Shown: positions 23,083-36,764 of the stretch, piece by piece | Numbering within the stretch: the stretch's first letter is position 1 | How the letters are laid out: each line of letters starts with the position of its first letter | The notes under the pieces: model-generated | Databases searched by the model: none | The model's input: only the letters and a program-made list of their open reading frames with translations | Told to the model about the DNA's origin: nothing | Position numbers and translations under genes: made by a program | DNA from: Octopus vulgaris | Lineage: Eukaryota | Reading direction: 5' to 3' | DNA: 64,000 nt | NCBI GenBank assembly: GCA_951406725.2 | Contig: OX597818.1 | Location: 48,422,001 to 48,486,000, forward strand

Positions 23083-24933
23083 GTAAGCGAGATGTTGATT
23101 TTCTTAAGTTTAATTTCAAAATATAAAGTTCAACATTTTAATGAGTGACAACAACACTTTAATCATAATTTTACTTGATTTTTGAAAAATTATTTTACAT
23201 TTCATAGGTTACTGCTAAAATATTGCCAAAAAAGAGTCAGTATAAACTTGCAATGAAAATATCATTTCATGCAAGTGGAATCAAATCAATCAAATTCAAT
23301 GACTGGCGTCTGTGCTAGCAGGGTGCAAAGAGCACCATATGAGCGTGATCATTGACAGAGCGGCTAACTGGCTTCTGTGCCAGTGGCACTTAAAGGGCAC
23401 CATTCGAGTGTGATCGTTACCAGCGTCGCCTTACTGGCACTTGTGCCAGTGGCACGTAAAAGGGCACCATTCAAGCGTGATCGTTACCAAAGTCACCTTA
23501 CCGGCACCTGTGCTGGGGGCATGTGTAAAAGGATTCGAGCGAGGTCATTGCCAGTACCGCCTGACTGGCCCGCACGTAAGAAGCACCCACTACACTCTCG
23601 GAGTGGTTGGCGTTAGGAAGGGCATCCAGCTGTAGAAACTCTGCCAAATCAAGATTGGAGCCTGGTGCGGCCATCTGGGTCGCCAGCCCTCAGTCAAAAT
23701 CGTCCAACCCATGCTAGCATGGAAAGCGGACGTTAAACGGTGATGATGTAAATAACTGTATTTTATGAAAGAACTATTAAACTGCATGGTCTTCCTTGAT
23801 AATTACATTCTTTTTATTGTTCTGACTAAAATATATGGTGGTGGTTCACACAGCAAACACGTATGACTGTGTACTTGTCACTGTCTCACTAAACCAAGTG
23901 AGCATCGCTGAATAATACAAATGTGAAGTTGTCATGAAAAGAGTCATTTTTATACAATAGTTTCATTTTTAACCGATTCGCATTTGTGACGTTATATTTC
24001 AGTGTTACCACTATAATATCTTCATAGTTAGCTTTTATTGACTAATTTATTACCATCGTTGTTTTTAATTATTTTTACTTTTTAACCAGACGTTAATAAC
24101 AGTTGTAAAATGTTCTTTTCATTAAATAGCATTTGATATTTTCATAAATCGAAATCGAACCAAGTTCGACAACTGTCACCCATGCCAACCTTCCTTCATT
24201 GCATACTAAACTCTGCTTGCGAAGACCTGTTGGGGCAAGTGAAATCGAAATTGAACCAAATTCAATGACTTGCACCTGTGCCAGTGGAGCGCTAATAGCT
24301 CCATCCGAGCGGGATCACTGCCAGAGCAGCTGTCTGGCTTCCGTGCCGGTGGCACCATTTAAGTGTGATCGTTACCAGCATCGTCTTACTGCCACTTGTG
24401 CCAGTGGCACGTGAACAAAACATTCGAGTGAGGTCGTTGCCAGTGCTGCTGGACTGACTCCTGTGCAGGTGGCACGTAAAAAACACTATTTGAGCGTGGC
24501 CATTGCTAGTACTGCCAGACTGGCCCTCGTGCAGGTGGCACATAAAAGCGCCCACTAAACTCTTGGAGTGGTTGGCATTAGGAAGGGCATCCAGCTGTAG
24601 AAACTCTGCCAGATCAGATTGGGGCCTGGTGCAGCCATCTAGTTTGCTAGTCCTCAGTCACATCATCCAATCCATGCTAGCATGGAAAGCAGACGTTAAA
24701 TGATGATGATGATGATAAAACTGACTATATAACTGATAAAATAATGAATAATGAAGAGTCTAACCACGAGATTGCTTGTGATATCAGAACCCAGTGCAAA
24801 TCTTGTTCAACCAGAGAGCAATTCTTAATAACAATATGATATTGTATTCTCTCCCTCCCATCTTCATAATGTTAATAGAAATATTCACTCTTCAATCATT
24901 ATAATATAGATGTTATGTTTTTCATTTCTGTAG

Positions 24934-25023
24934 GAAAATAAGATTAAGTTTGAAGAAGATATTGATTTTTATGATAAAGATATCACATTTCAACAAATGA
25001 ATCTTTCAAGACCGGTCATGAAG
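24934..25023 (+). CDS. DDX27: DDX27 exon 6
   Basis: ENKIKFEEDIDFYDKDITFQQMNLSRPVMK, start of the Q-motif region. Confidence 0.92.
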
Positions 25024-26307
25024 GTAAGTCTGAAGATAAAACCATTTTAAACTAAATGTTTTCTCATTCTAGACCAGTGGATCCCTATGGATCCTTTTGA
25101 TTTCTATTTTACTCTGCTGGACCTTCACAGCCATTCAGTGTTTAAGAACAATTCTATTATATTAAAATATTTTGTGTGTTGTAGAAGTATAAGCAATTTA
25201 TTGCTTATAAATTTTAACAGCAGAGTCTTATGTGGAACCCGGTTGAGAACCGGTGATCAAGAGCTACAAATGAAAAGAGTTTAATCTAGTTGGCTTTTAA
25301 ATACACCCAGTATTAAATATATTAAGAATCTTTTCTACTCTAGGTACAAGGCCTGTAATTTTGGGGGAAGGGGGCAATCGATTAGATCGACCACAGTACA
25401 CAACTGGTACTTAATTTATTGACCCTGAAAGGATGAAAGGCAAAGTCGACCTCAATGGAATTTGAACTCAGAATGTAAAGACAGATGAAATACCTATTTC
25501 TTTACTACCCACAAGGGGCTAAATACAGAGAGGACAAATGGATTAAGTCAATTATATCGACCTCAGTGCGCAACTGGTACTTATTTAATTGACCCCGAAA
25601 GGATGAAAGGCCAAGTTGACCTCAGCAGAATTTCAACACGGCAGACGAAATACCTCTGTGCACTGAGCATTTCGCCCAGCGTGCTAACGTTTCTGCCAGC
25701 TCGCCACCTTTAAATTTAATAATAACTTAGCTATTGTTTTATTTTTCATGCAGATAATGTCTAAGAGAGATTACTTCATCGAATATTTCTACTTCTTTAT
25801 ACCATACAAGTATGCATTATTATACATTCATTTAGTGATTTTCTCCTCGTTACTTCAGCAAAGGAGGTCTTATAAAGTCAAATATGATCAAAATTGTCTC
25901 CTGTGTTTATTCAAAATAATATTAGTAAATGGTTAATATTGTTTTTATTTCATTGCATAATTTCAGTTTCTTCTTTTAGTTAGCTTTTTCATGCATTCAG
26001 CATTAAATCTGTTAACACCAACGTAACCATGCATTTTATTTGTATTTACTTTGCAATTTCATCAATAATTATTCTATAAATTAGAGAGTATTCATCAACT
26101 GAAAAGCCTCAAAGTGAAACACATCCAAAGTTGTCTACTCACTTGCCAATGCAATAGATATTGGTTGCAATATTAATATATAATATTTATAAGCATAATA
26201 TTAGTTATGATAACCTCATTTCTCTTTTAATGCATGACTGAACATACTTTGACATTTTCATGTTCCTGTTCTTAAATATATTCTTATCCACTAAACTATC
26301 TTTTTAA

Positions 26308-26568
26308 ATTCTGTTGTTTCTGGGGAGAGTCAGTCTCTTTTGGTGCCTTATAATTTAACACCCTCACCTTTTCAATAGTTTTGAGAGTCAAAACTATTGA
26401 AAAGGTTGCAAGACAATGAAAATTTTAGAAAAATAAAAATAAGAAATAAGTGGAAATTTTACCGGTGAGTGTGTTAAATTATAAGGCACCAAAAGAAAAT
26501 GACTCTCTCCAGACACAACAGAATATGCTTCAATACACGAACTCATATAAAGAATCTTGCAAACCAAA
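26308..26568. mobile_element. Fold-back insertion with one-sided tail and TSD
   Basis: Inverted arms of about 60 bp (26308-26524); TATCTTTTTAA duplicated at 26297 and 26569. Confidence 0.7.
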
Positions 26569-26676
26569 TATCTTTTTAACTTGTAAAAAAAAAAAAAAAA
26601 CTTTCATAAATCAAAACTTACATGATTAGATTTATTGTTAAATCTGATGTTAATAAATCTTTTGGTTTTCATTTAG

Positions 26677-26782
26677 GCCTTGGCTTCCATGAAGTTTGAC
26701 AAACCTATGCCAATTCAAGCTGCTACGATACCAGTTGCATTGTTGGGTAGAGACATCTGTGCATGTGCTGTTACTGGATCTG
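26677..26782 (+). CDS. DDX27: DDX27 exon 7
   Basis: ALASMKFDKPMPIQAATIPVALLGRDICACAVTGS(G), Q motif and start of motif I. Confidence 0.95.
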
Positions 26783-26971
26783 GTATGTCTTCTGTTACTT
26801 TTCTGCTTTCAACACTTTGTACAGTATTTATTGAAGATATATTTAATTATAAACTAGCATTTGGTGTCGATTTTATGAATAAATCTCTCAAACCTCTTTG
26901 CTTCTTACACCTGTGATTGCAAAACTTGTTTCCCTCTTTCTTGGAAGTGACCCTTTCCCCTAGTCTGAGTT

Positions 26972-27680
26972 TTATTATTATTTTATGTTTGACTTTTGCT
27001 TTACATTTGTACAAGTTGGCTCCAAGTCTCACCCAGAGACCTTAAGAGACAACAAGTTGGAAGTTCATGTTGGTGTTATGCCTAGGGTACCATATATTTG
27101 GTTTTGTACATAGTGTTGTTCTAGAGAATGTTTAAGAAACCATAAGAAAATTATGTGTTTGTTTTAAAATTTGAGATTACATAGAAAGTATTTTGCGTAG
27201 GATATGGGCAGTTCCCATGAGCACTATCTTTTGAATTTTTGTCATTTTGGGGTTTCCTGGTATCTGAGCTAGGTAGCAATCAGCCCCTATCATTCCTAGG
27301 ACACCTATTACAATCAGTATTGTTTTAGTCTTCAGGTTCCACATTTTGCTGATTTCTATTTCAAGATCTTTATACTTGCTCAGTTTTTGGTAGGTCTTGA
27401 CAGATACGTTTATATCGATTGGGACAGTCATATCAATGAGGAGGCGTGATTTTTGTCTGAAGTCTTTCAATATGATGTCTGGCCTATTTGCATCTATCTT
27501 TGTGTTAGTTTGAATGGTGAAGTTCCAGAGGAGTGAGATGTGGTCATTTTCAAGCACTGGAGGTGATTTGTGTTCCCACCAGTTTTTATCATGGGGCAAG
27601 TCCAGGCTTTTGCAAATTACCCAGTGAATATATTGTGCAGCTCTATCATGCCTGTTGAGATACTTATTATTATTATTATA
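26972..27680 (-). mobile_element. 5'-truncated Dong/R4-clade non-LTR retrotransposon (restriction-like endonuclease region)
   Basis: RHD..., LLWNFTIQT, NRPDIIL, LIDMTVP, KLSKYKDL; (TAA)n at both junctions. Confidence 0.85.
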
Positions 27681-28573
27681 TTAAGGTGACAAGCTGGCAG
27701 AATCATTAGCACACTGGACAAAATGCTTAGCAGTATGTCATCCTTCTTTATGTTCTTAATTCATCTGCTGCTGTCCACTTTGCCTTTTGTCCTTTTGGCG
27801 TCAATAAAATAATACCAGTTGAGCATGGGGTCAACATAATCAACTTACTCCCTCGAAATTGCTGTCAAAATTTGAAACCATGATTATTATTATTATAGAA
27901 AGATTTGCATAATGTCTGAGTATTGTTCTTTAACTCAAAATTATCCCTCATCATCTAGAGCTATAATCAAAAGTTGAGACCCCACTTTGGTCATAAATGA
28001 CCATGGGATTGCACCTAGAAAGTTACCGTCTGAAGCACATGTCCAGGCAAAGTTGTTTGTGGAAGGCCAGCAGTCACCCATGCATACCAGCCTCCCACTG
28101 ATGTTATCCAAGGGAAAGGCAAAGGGACCGATACAGCTTGGTACCAGTGATGTCGCAGCTCATTTCTACAGCTGAGTAAACTGGAGCAACGTGAAATAAA
28201 GTGTCTTGCTCAAGAACACAACACACAGCCTGGTCCTGGAATCAAACTCACAACCTCACGATCATAGACAACTTTATGCTGGGAGATGGGAATTAGATAG
28301 GGGTAGAGCATGAAAGAAAAAGGGCCAGATCAGAACAGATTTCTTGTTGTTGAGGAGCTACATGACTACTCACATTTTAGAAAAGTATTTTGGGATGATT
28401 GGGTTGACCTAGAAAGTAATAAAAAGTAGGGGTAATGAAGTGTCAGGGTGGACCTTCAAGATATGAGGTGGACTGCAATGAATGGGGCATAGGGACCAGG
28501 AGTGAGTGGTGGAGTAGAGGATGTCTGATAGTGCAGAGCAGCAGAATAGAAATTATACAGTAAACAGAAAAAT

Positions 28574-29048
28574 ATAAGTCTTTAGTTAAAATATATTCAA
28601 TGAGAATATTATATACTGAATTTATATTGAGTGCTCTATTGTATCAAAGTGTTAATACTATTAAAGTATTTATACATTTAATACAAGCGATTAAATAGAC
28701 TATAATTATAGTCTATTTAAGCGCTTGTCACTATATAATATATTTTTAATAATGTCAGGAAATCAATATCAGAAAATTCTTCCAAAAGATATATACGTGT
28801 GTATAGAATAATTGTTGTATTATAAATATATATAAAAATATATGTAAGTATGTATAAGTATGAATATATAATAATAAATATGACAGTTTAAAAGTTTTGA
28901 ATTAAGTTATTAAAGCATCTTACATAAGCATCTTATTATATATTCATACATATTTACATATATTTATATTTTTAATATAACAATCATTCTATACACACGT
29001 ATATATCTTTCAGAAGAATTTTCTGATATTATTAACAATATATTGTAT
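28574..29048. mobile_element. AT-rich fold-back insertion with 15-bp TSD
   Basis: Inverted repeat 28765-29030; AGTAAACAGAAAAAT at 28559 and 29049. Confidence 0.7.
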
Positions 29049-29438
29049 AGTAAACAGAAAAATGAAAGAGAGATATGTTGTTGGATGGTTTGCAAGATTG
29101 ATTTTCCCCTGATATTCCATACATCTCATCACATCTTATCTACTAACTTCTCCTGAACATCAGTCTTCAGAAAATCCCACCTTTCCACATATTTCTTAGG
29201 CATCATTGATCTTACCAACCTCGAAGGATTTGGGGAGTCATCTTCCTCCAATACTAACACATAAAAAGTTAATAGGGATATAATCTTAATTCGTTCTTTC
29301 TTCCTTTCATACCATAACAAAATTTGAATAAATTTGAAATAGTGAAGATAAATATAAATGTCAGATGAAGATATAAAAATTTGGTGCAGCAATTCTGTTT
29401 ACTGTTGTAATCTTGGAGTAATGTTTGTATTTTTATAG

Positions 29439-29612
29439 GTAAAACTGCTGCTTTTATGTTGCCCATCATTGAAAGACTTTTGTACAAACCAAAGAATTCT
29501 ACGTGTACTCGAGTGCTAGTATTACTTCCAACCAGAGAACTTGCTGTTCAAGTTCACCAAGTTGCTAGGCAGCTGGCTCAGTTCACAAATATAGACATGT
29601 GCATTGCTGCTG
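29439..29612 (+). CDS. DDX27: DDX27 exon 8
   Basis: [18 protein letters not shown]...[10 protein letters not shown], motifs I and Ia. Confidence 0.96.
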
Positions 29613-32443
29613 GTAGGTTAAAAAAAATTTTTTTTTTTCATATAAAGATCTGTTTTTGATTTCCTTCACCACTTATTCATGTAATCTTTTACTGGAAACT
29701 TTTTTGTTTTGTTTTTTATTAAGTGTTGTTATTAATTTACATTATAAAAATTATTGTTATAATGAATAGTGGTCATTGGAAGTATATAATTTCAAGCTAA
29801 ACCACTAGGATTTTACTGTCCTCGCTCGGCAAAATACACTTTATTTAATCTACTGAGATATCTTTTATAGTTGACCATTTAACCTTTAGGAAAAAATTTC
29901 AGTTGTAAGTATATATTCCAGCAATTCAACATTTGATTTAAAGACTCATCTTTTCCACAGTAGTATAAACATCAAGCTGTATAAAAACATGTTTTTTCAC
30001 ATAGTCAAAGATGATTCAGAAGTTTTCTCTTTCATGTCTAGAAAATACTTTATCTCCCAGACTACCTCAACACTCAAGTGTTCCAACCACTGACAATTAA
30101 CTCACGCATGTATCCCTGTTCCCTAAAAAAGTGTATAAAATCTATGGGCTGAAAACCACTGATCCTTAGGTTAGTGGTTTTTCAACCTTTTATAACTCAA
30201 CATCCCCTTTTATTGAAGCATGTTTTGCGACTCCCTCTCTATGTTGTACCAAAAAAGGCTGAAAAAAACTGTTGATTATTTTAATTAACAGACTGTTACT
30301 CTCTCTCTTTCGGAGAGGCACAAGCACTGAAATTCGATGACTGGCACGAGCACCATACGAGCATGATCGTTGACAGAGCGGCTAACCAGCTTCCGTGCCA
30401 GTGGTACATAAAAGGTACCATTCGAGTGTGATCGTTACCAGCTTCACCTTACTGGCATTTGTGCCCCGTGCTAGTAGGGTGCTAAAAGAACCATCCGAGC
30501 ATGATCGTTGCCAGAGCGGCTAACTGGCTTCCATGCCGGTGGCATGTAGGAGGCACCATTCGAGCGGGATCGTACCAGCAATGCCTTACTGGAACCTGTG
30601 CCATTGGCATATGTAAAAACTTTGAGCAGGGTCGTTGCCAGTACCGCCCGACTGCCCCTTGTGCCGGTGGCACATAAAAGCACCCACTACGCTCTCGGAG
30701 TGGTTGGCGTTAGGAAGGGCATCCAGCTGTAGAAACTCTGCTAGATCAAGATTGAAGCCTAGTGCAGCCATCTGGTTTGCCAGCCCTCAGTCAAACCGTC
30801 CAACCCGTGCTGGCATGGAAAGCGGACGTTAAACGATGATGATTACTATTGTACATAGTTTAAACATTATTTTTTTAGGAAAATCACAACCTTCCGCTAA
30901 TCACTCAGCAGTCCCGATCCTCCTTCATGATATATGTCATTCCCTTGTGAGCCCACAATGTCCCAAATGGGATGTTATCACCGAGGTGAAATTCTGCCTA
31001 TTTAACCCTTTAGTGTTCAGGTTACTCTGGCAAATGTAATGCATATTTATTCACATTGTTTTAAACTAATCATACCTTATCTTGCAGATTTGAGACTTCA
31101 ATGATGTAATTACTAACTTCCAAAATGATATTGTAGGGTAGGTGTGAGAAGCCAGGTCTTCTATGCAGGCATAGGATCTGATTGGTCCAGTGACTGCATC
31201 ATGTTCTGATATATGTTTTGACATGGATTCTATGGCTGGATACCCATCCTAGTGCCAACCACTACAGCATGTACTAGGTGCTTTTTTTGTTGCCCCAGCA
31301 CTAGTGTGGTTACCATGCAACTAGCAAAACTAAGGTTTTAAAAATCTATTTTGATAAATGTGAATAATGTACTGTTAGGACTAAGTTTAAAATAAATGAA
31401 TATGACTGAGGCTAAAATATAAATTGATGGTAACCTTTTATGGTGGTAATGAAGATATTTCAACAGATCTATGTAGATGTTACAAATAAAAGATATAATT
31501 GGCATACAGCTGGCTAAAAAAATCTTGCATTTAGATTTGCAAATTTTGGAAAGGTAATTGGTTGGTCAAGCATTATTTTAACTAATATTTTACTATCCGT
31601 ACGTGGCCGATGCCAGTGCCGCCTTGACTGACTTCCGTGTTGGTGGCACATAAAATCCAACAACCGATCGTGGCCATTGCCAGCCTCCCCTGGCACCTGT
31701 GCCAGTGGCACGTAAAAAGCACCCACTACATTCACGGGGTGGTTGGCGTTAGGAAGGGCATCCAGCTGTAGAAACACTGCCAGATCAGACTGGAGCCTGG
31801 TGCAGTCTCCTGGCTTCCCAGACCCCAGTCGAACCATCCAACCCATGCTAGCATGGAAAACGGACGTTAAACGATGATGATGATGAATATACAATCCAGA
31901 AATCTGTTTTATCTTTTTATGTATAATTTAAAAATAAAAAAAATGTTAGGTATTTCATTATACAGTAGTTCGATTTTTAACCAATTATATTTTATTAAAC
32001 CTTATTGATGTTGTCTATATTCTGTCAACTTGAAATTGTAGGTTTTATAAGTAATTTAAAATTAGTTATTCTTCAAGTGGTGCTTAATTTTTTCCCAAAA
32101 GAGTTTTATAAATGTGAAAGCAAGGATGATGCTTTTCATTACAGACCAAAAATGTTATCAAATTGTTGATAAAAAGTTTGTGTAAACTACTTTCAAATAA
32201 GGTAATTTCTTTTCCATAATTTAGATTAATTACCCCGATATAAGAATTACTGCTGATTATTTTGAAATAACCAAGCGTATAAGTGTTTTCTCAACAAGAA
32301 TTGTCAGTGTGATTTTTGTGTGGTTACGATGTAGTGAAGCATGTCAGTAAAAGTTGCACAAGAACATTTCTGAATGTTAGGGTGTGATGATATAATCTTC
32401 AGTTAAACAAAGTTTATACTGTATTATTTTGTTTTTCGTCAAG

Positions 32444-32594
32444 GTGGTCTGGACTTAAAAATGCAAGAAGCTGCATTACGAAAAGGCCCTGACATTGTGA
32501 TTGCAACACCTGGTCGACTTATTGATCATCTTCACAATGCTCCACATTTTAGTCTCCATACTGTGGAAATCCTCGTTCTAGATGAAGCTGATAG
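32444..32594 (+). CDS. DDX27: DDX27 exon 9
   Basis: [32 protein letters not shown]...ILVLDEAD(R), motifs GG, Ib and II (DEAD). Confidence 0.97.
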
Positions 32595-32732
32595 GTAAGT
32601 CATGCAATTGTTTAATGTTGTTATTGTTTAGTCCCAGGTCAACTCTTTCAATGCGATCTATATTAAATACCCTTTATTAAAATTAATTTGTTTGAAATTC
32701 TAAGGTGTTTCCATTATTTTGCTTAACTCCTG

Positions 32733-32766
<34 letters not shown>

Positions 32767-33199
32767 TATACACACAGCATGGATTACACTGTCCAAGGTA
32801 TTTTTCTTTCTATGAAATGGTGGGGTGTGATTAGGATTCTATTTCTTGCAGTTTAATCAACCATGTAAGGGCTATCATAGTTTACTTATTTATAAGTTTG
32901 TGTGTGAGGTTGTTAAAGGAAATTTGAGTGGCCTCTACATTTATTGAGAACAAAAGAGCTGTTTCTGCATGAATACAGTAACTTTATGGTGAATATGAAA
33001 GGAAGTTGAGCTGTAGATATTGTATACATTCACAAGAAATGGTGGAAATCTTTGCCAGTGTAAATTGTGGTGACAATCACTTGTATTTTTTGCCTGTTGT
33101 TTTGTTATCTTTTTCTTAATTCAATACCTTTTAATTATATCAGTCTTGCATTCCAATGTATCACAATAACATTTAAACTATTTTTCTTCCACTTTAAAG

Positions 33200-33299
33200 G
33201 ATGTTGGACGACTTTTTTGCTGAACAAATGAAAGAAATCATTCGTTTGTGTTCTAGGCAGCGACAGACTATGTTATTTTCAGCAACTATGACTGATGAG
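33200..33299 (+). CDS. DDX27: DDX27 exon 10
   Basis: [33 protein letters not shown], motif III (SAT). Confidence 0.96.
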
Positions 33300-33416
33300 G
33301 TAAAATAATTTGGTTCTCTTTGTTTTTGTATATAATATTTTTTGTTTCTAAATAATCACAGTTACTTCCCCTGTTGGACGAAGTCTGCAAAACATTTTTT
33401 ACTAGATTTGTAAATA

Positions 33417-33923
33417 CCGTAAATCCTCGAGTATAGTCTGCCCTTGAGATTTTTAGGGGGCTGTACCTCTGAAAAACCTAAATCTTGTGTATAATACGCA
33501 CCCCTTCTCTAACTTGAGTCGTGCGTAATTAAGCCAGCAGCACCTAGTCGAACAAACATTTCCGCGCATGCGTAATACAATAATGGTGATGTTCTTAACT
33601 GTTATATGGGAATGTAAATATGTTTGCAAATTGTTTTTGTTACATGTTATTCTGTGTTCTGAATGCTTTTATTTTAATAAATGTTGCTTACTGTAAGTTA
33701 TGGATGATTCTTTTATGACTTCATTGCTTTCAGGCTTAGCTTAAGGTATTTTCGCGCCCGACATCTCAAAATGCGTCTGAATAAACATTGCCAGACAGCA
33801 AATAGAGACTCAGACATTGCTTAGAAAATATTTTTCATTTTTAACCTCGTATATAGTACGCACTAGGGATTTTGACCTTTAAATTTTGGGAAAAATGTGC
33901 GGATTATACTCAAGGATTTACAG
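33417..33923 (+). mobile_element. Tc1/mariner-pogo-like MITE
   Basis: TA-CCGTAAATCCTCGAGTATA...TATACTCAAGGATTTACAG-TA. Confidence 0.85.
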
Positions 33924-34312
33924 TAGTTAAGGTGTGTCATAACACACGTAGGAGCAAATCTTATGGTTTGAAGCCGATGAACTAAATCTCATTGTAGCTA
34001 CAATGCAGATCTATCACAAGTAATATTTGCAGGCGTATTTATTTCTAACACTTAGCTGAATTCAAATTTTTGTAGAATGAAGTACTAGTACACAAACTAA
34101 AGAATACCTGCAGTAACTGTGAGCTCACAGCCTTTAAGTTGATTGTTCATCACCATATCTTTTTGGCCATTTACACCTTTCTCAGAAAGTGTGATTTTGT
34201 ATGACCCAGTTCAAGGTTCAATTAAATCTTATACATTCTTTTACATCATAGTTTTTGAACCTGAAAGATATAGTGTGCAATTCAAAATATAACATACAAA
34301 ACGTTTTGTGTA

Positions 34313-34843
34313 CCGTAAATCCTCGAGTATAATCCACATTTTTTTCCCCAAAATTTAAAGGTCAAAATCCCTAGTGTGTACTATATACAAGGTTAAAAAT
34401 GAAAAATATTTTCAAAGTAATGTCCGAGTCTCTATTTGCTGACCGGCAATGTTTATTCAGACACATTTTGTGATGTCGGGTGGCAAAATATCTTAAGTTA
34501 AGCCTGAAAGCAATGAAGTCATAAAAGAATCATCCATAACTTGCAGTAAGCAACATTTACTAAAATAAAAGTATTCAGAACACAGAATAACATATAACAA
34601 AAACAATTTGTGCAAACACAAACATATTTACATTCCCATATAACAGTTAAGAACATCACCATTATTGAATTACGCATGCATGGAAGTGTTTGTTTGACTA
34701 GGTGCTGCTGGCTTAATTATGCACGACTCAGGTTAGAGAAGGGGTGCATATTATACACATGGTTTAGGTTTTTCAGAGGTACAGCCCCCTAAAAATCCCC
34801 TGCATATTATACTCATGGGCGGATTATACTTGAGGATTTACGG
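34313..34843 (-). mobile_element. Second copy of the same MITE, inverted
   Basis: Same TIRs and TA flanks; the internal sequence is the reverse complement of 33417-33923. Confidence 0.85.
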
Positions 34844-35438
34844 TATATGCATGTGTGTGTATGTATCTACATATGAATTGCAGTAGATATCAATAAGCAA
34901 ACGAAATCCTTGAGTGTTCTAGGATTGTATATTGGTATAAATATGTAAACCATCATCAAATGATGATTGTCATAATTGTTGGGGTTTTTTTTTTTTGTCC
35001 TCTTTTCCATGCTAGCATGGGTTGGATGCATTGTTACAGTCAGTCATTTGTTGTTCAGACTTACTACCACCATAAATCTGTCAGAGGATCGAGTCTCATT
35101 CATATGCTTCATTTTTGGCATGGTTTCTATGACTGAATACTATTTCTTACACCAAATCATTTTACAGTATACTAAGTGCATTTTGTTGAGGCACCAACAC
35201 TAAAAAGTTATCTTGTTCCCAGCAAAACCAGAGAATCTTCTCTACTCTCCATTGATATTGTACATTGGCTGAGCAATAACAAGACTCCATTCCTTCCATG
35301 CATTTTGGTGAGAGGAAGAGAATCTCTTATTCCTCTAAACAATGAGATTCTCCTATTGTTTAAATGTTTAGATGCTTGATTAATATGTGGTTATAAATAG
35401 GTCTATGATGTTTTTTCTTTTATCTTTCTGTTTTCCAG

Positions 35439-35580
35439 GTTAAAGATTTGGCTACAGTATCTTTAGATAAACCCATAAAAGTTTTTATTAACGAAAACAC
35501 AGATGTAGCTTTTGGCTTGAGACAAGAGTTTATTAGAATACGTCCCACAAAAGAAGGTGATAGAGAAGCCATTGTTACAG
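35439..35580 (+). CDS. DDX27: DDX27 exon 11
   Basis: VKDLATVSLDKPIKVFINENTDVAFGLRQEFIRIRPTKEGDREAIVT, containing the DDX27/Drs1-type LRQEFIRIR. Confidence 0.96.
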
Positions 35581-36764
35581 GTAAAATAACTTTTTTTTTT
35601 TTAATGAAATCTCAATTGTTTTAAGATCTAATCTTTTGTGATTATGAAATATAATTACTGAAGTTATTGGTATAGCACCAGACTAAATATTTTACAGTAT
35701 GACTATGTCCTTTGCAGTTTGAGTTCAGATCTCTCTTAAGTGTATGGGACCAGCACTAGAGCAATGTCATGGTCCTCACAGCTGCAGCTTTAGAGTGTAT
35801 AGGGCATGTTTTTCATTACACCAGCACTAGAGAGGTGATCATGTCCTCTATCCATGTAAAGGTCCTCGTAGCCCTATGTCTCTGCTGGCTTGCTAGATGG
35901 AATCTGTATAAAAGTTTGATGCACCTGTGTGTGTTTTTATTTTTTATCAATGTATATCATCAAAATGACTCTTCCTTGTCATTTTTGCTGTCTGAAATGT
36001 GATGTACAAGTGATTGGTCCATTGAAAACCTCATAGCAGCAATGGTATTGTTCACAGATTCATCATCAGCATTTAGCATCCGCTTTCCATGCTAGCATGG
36101 GTTAGACGATTTGACTGAGGGCTGGCGAACCAGATGGCTGCACCATGCTTCAATCTTGATCTGGCAGTTTTTACAGCTGGGTGCCCTTCCTAACGCCAAC
36201 CGCTCCGAGAGTGTAGTGGGTGCTTTAACGTGCCACCGGCACGGGACCAGTCAGGCGGTACCGGTAACGACCTCGCTCGAATCTTTTTACACATGCCACC
36301 GGCACAGGTGCCAGCAAGGCAGTGCTGGTAATGATCACACTTGAATGGTGTCTTTTATGTGCCACCGGCATGGAGGCCAGATAGCCGCTCTGGCAACAAT
36401 CACGCTTGGATGGTGCTCTTTAACACCCTACTAGCACGGGGCTCAAGTGCCAGTGATATGATATATATAAATATCATAAGTGAGCACCCAATACATTCTG
36501 TAAAATGATTGGTGTTAGACAGGGCATCCAGCTGTTGGCAGCATTCTGAAACTGACACCCTGGAGCAAGACATGGTCATTTGATCTGTTGAATCCTGTCA
36601 AACTGTTCAATCCATGCCAACATAGGCAGCAGATGTGAATTGATGATTTTACTGATCCTTTTTTGAAGTTAAACACCTTTAACTTGCCCAGGGTCCAAGC
36701 AGTAAAACTAATCCCAGTCTGCTGCAAGCATTCTTTTTTGGTTTCTGATCTGTGGATAACTATA

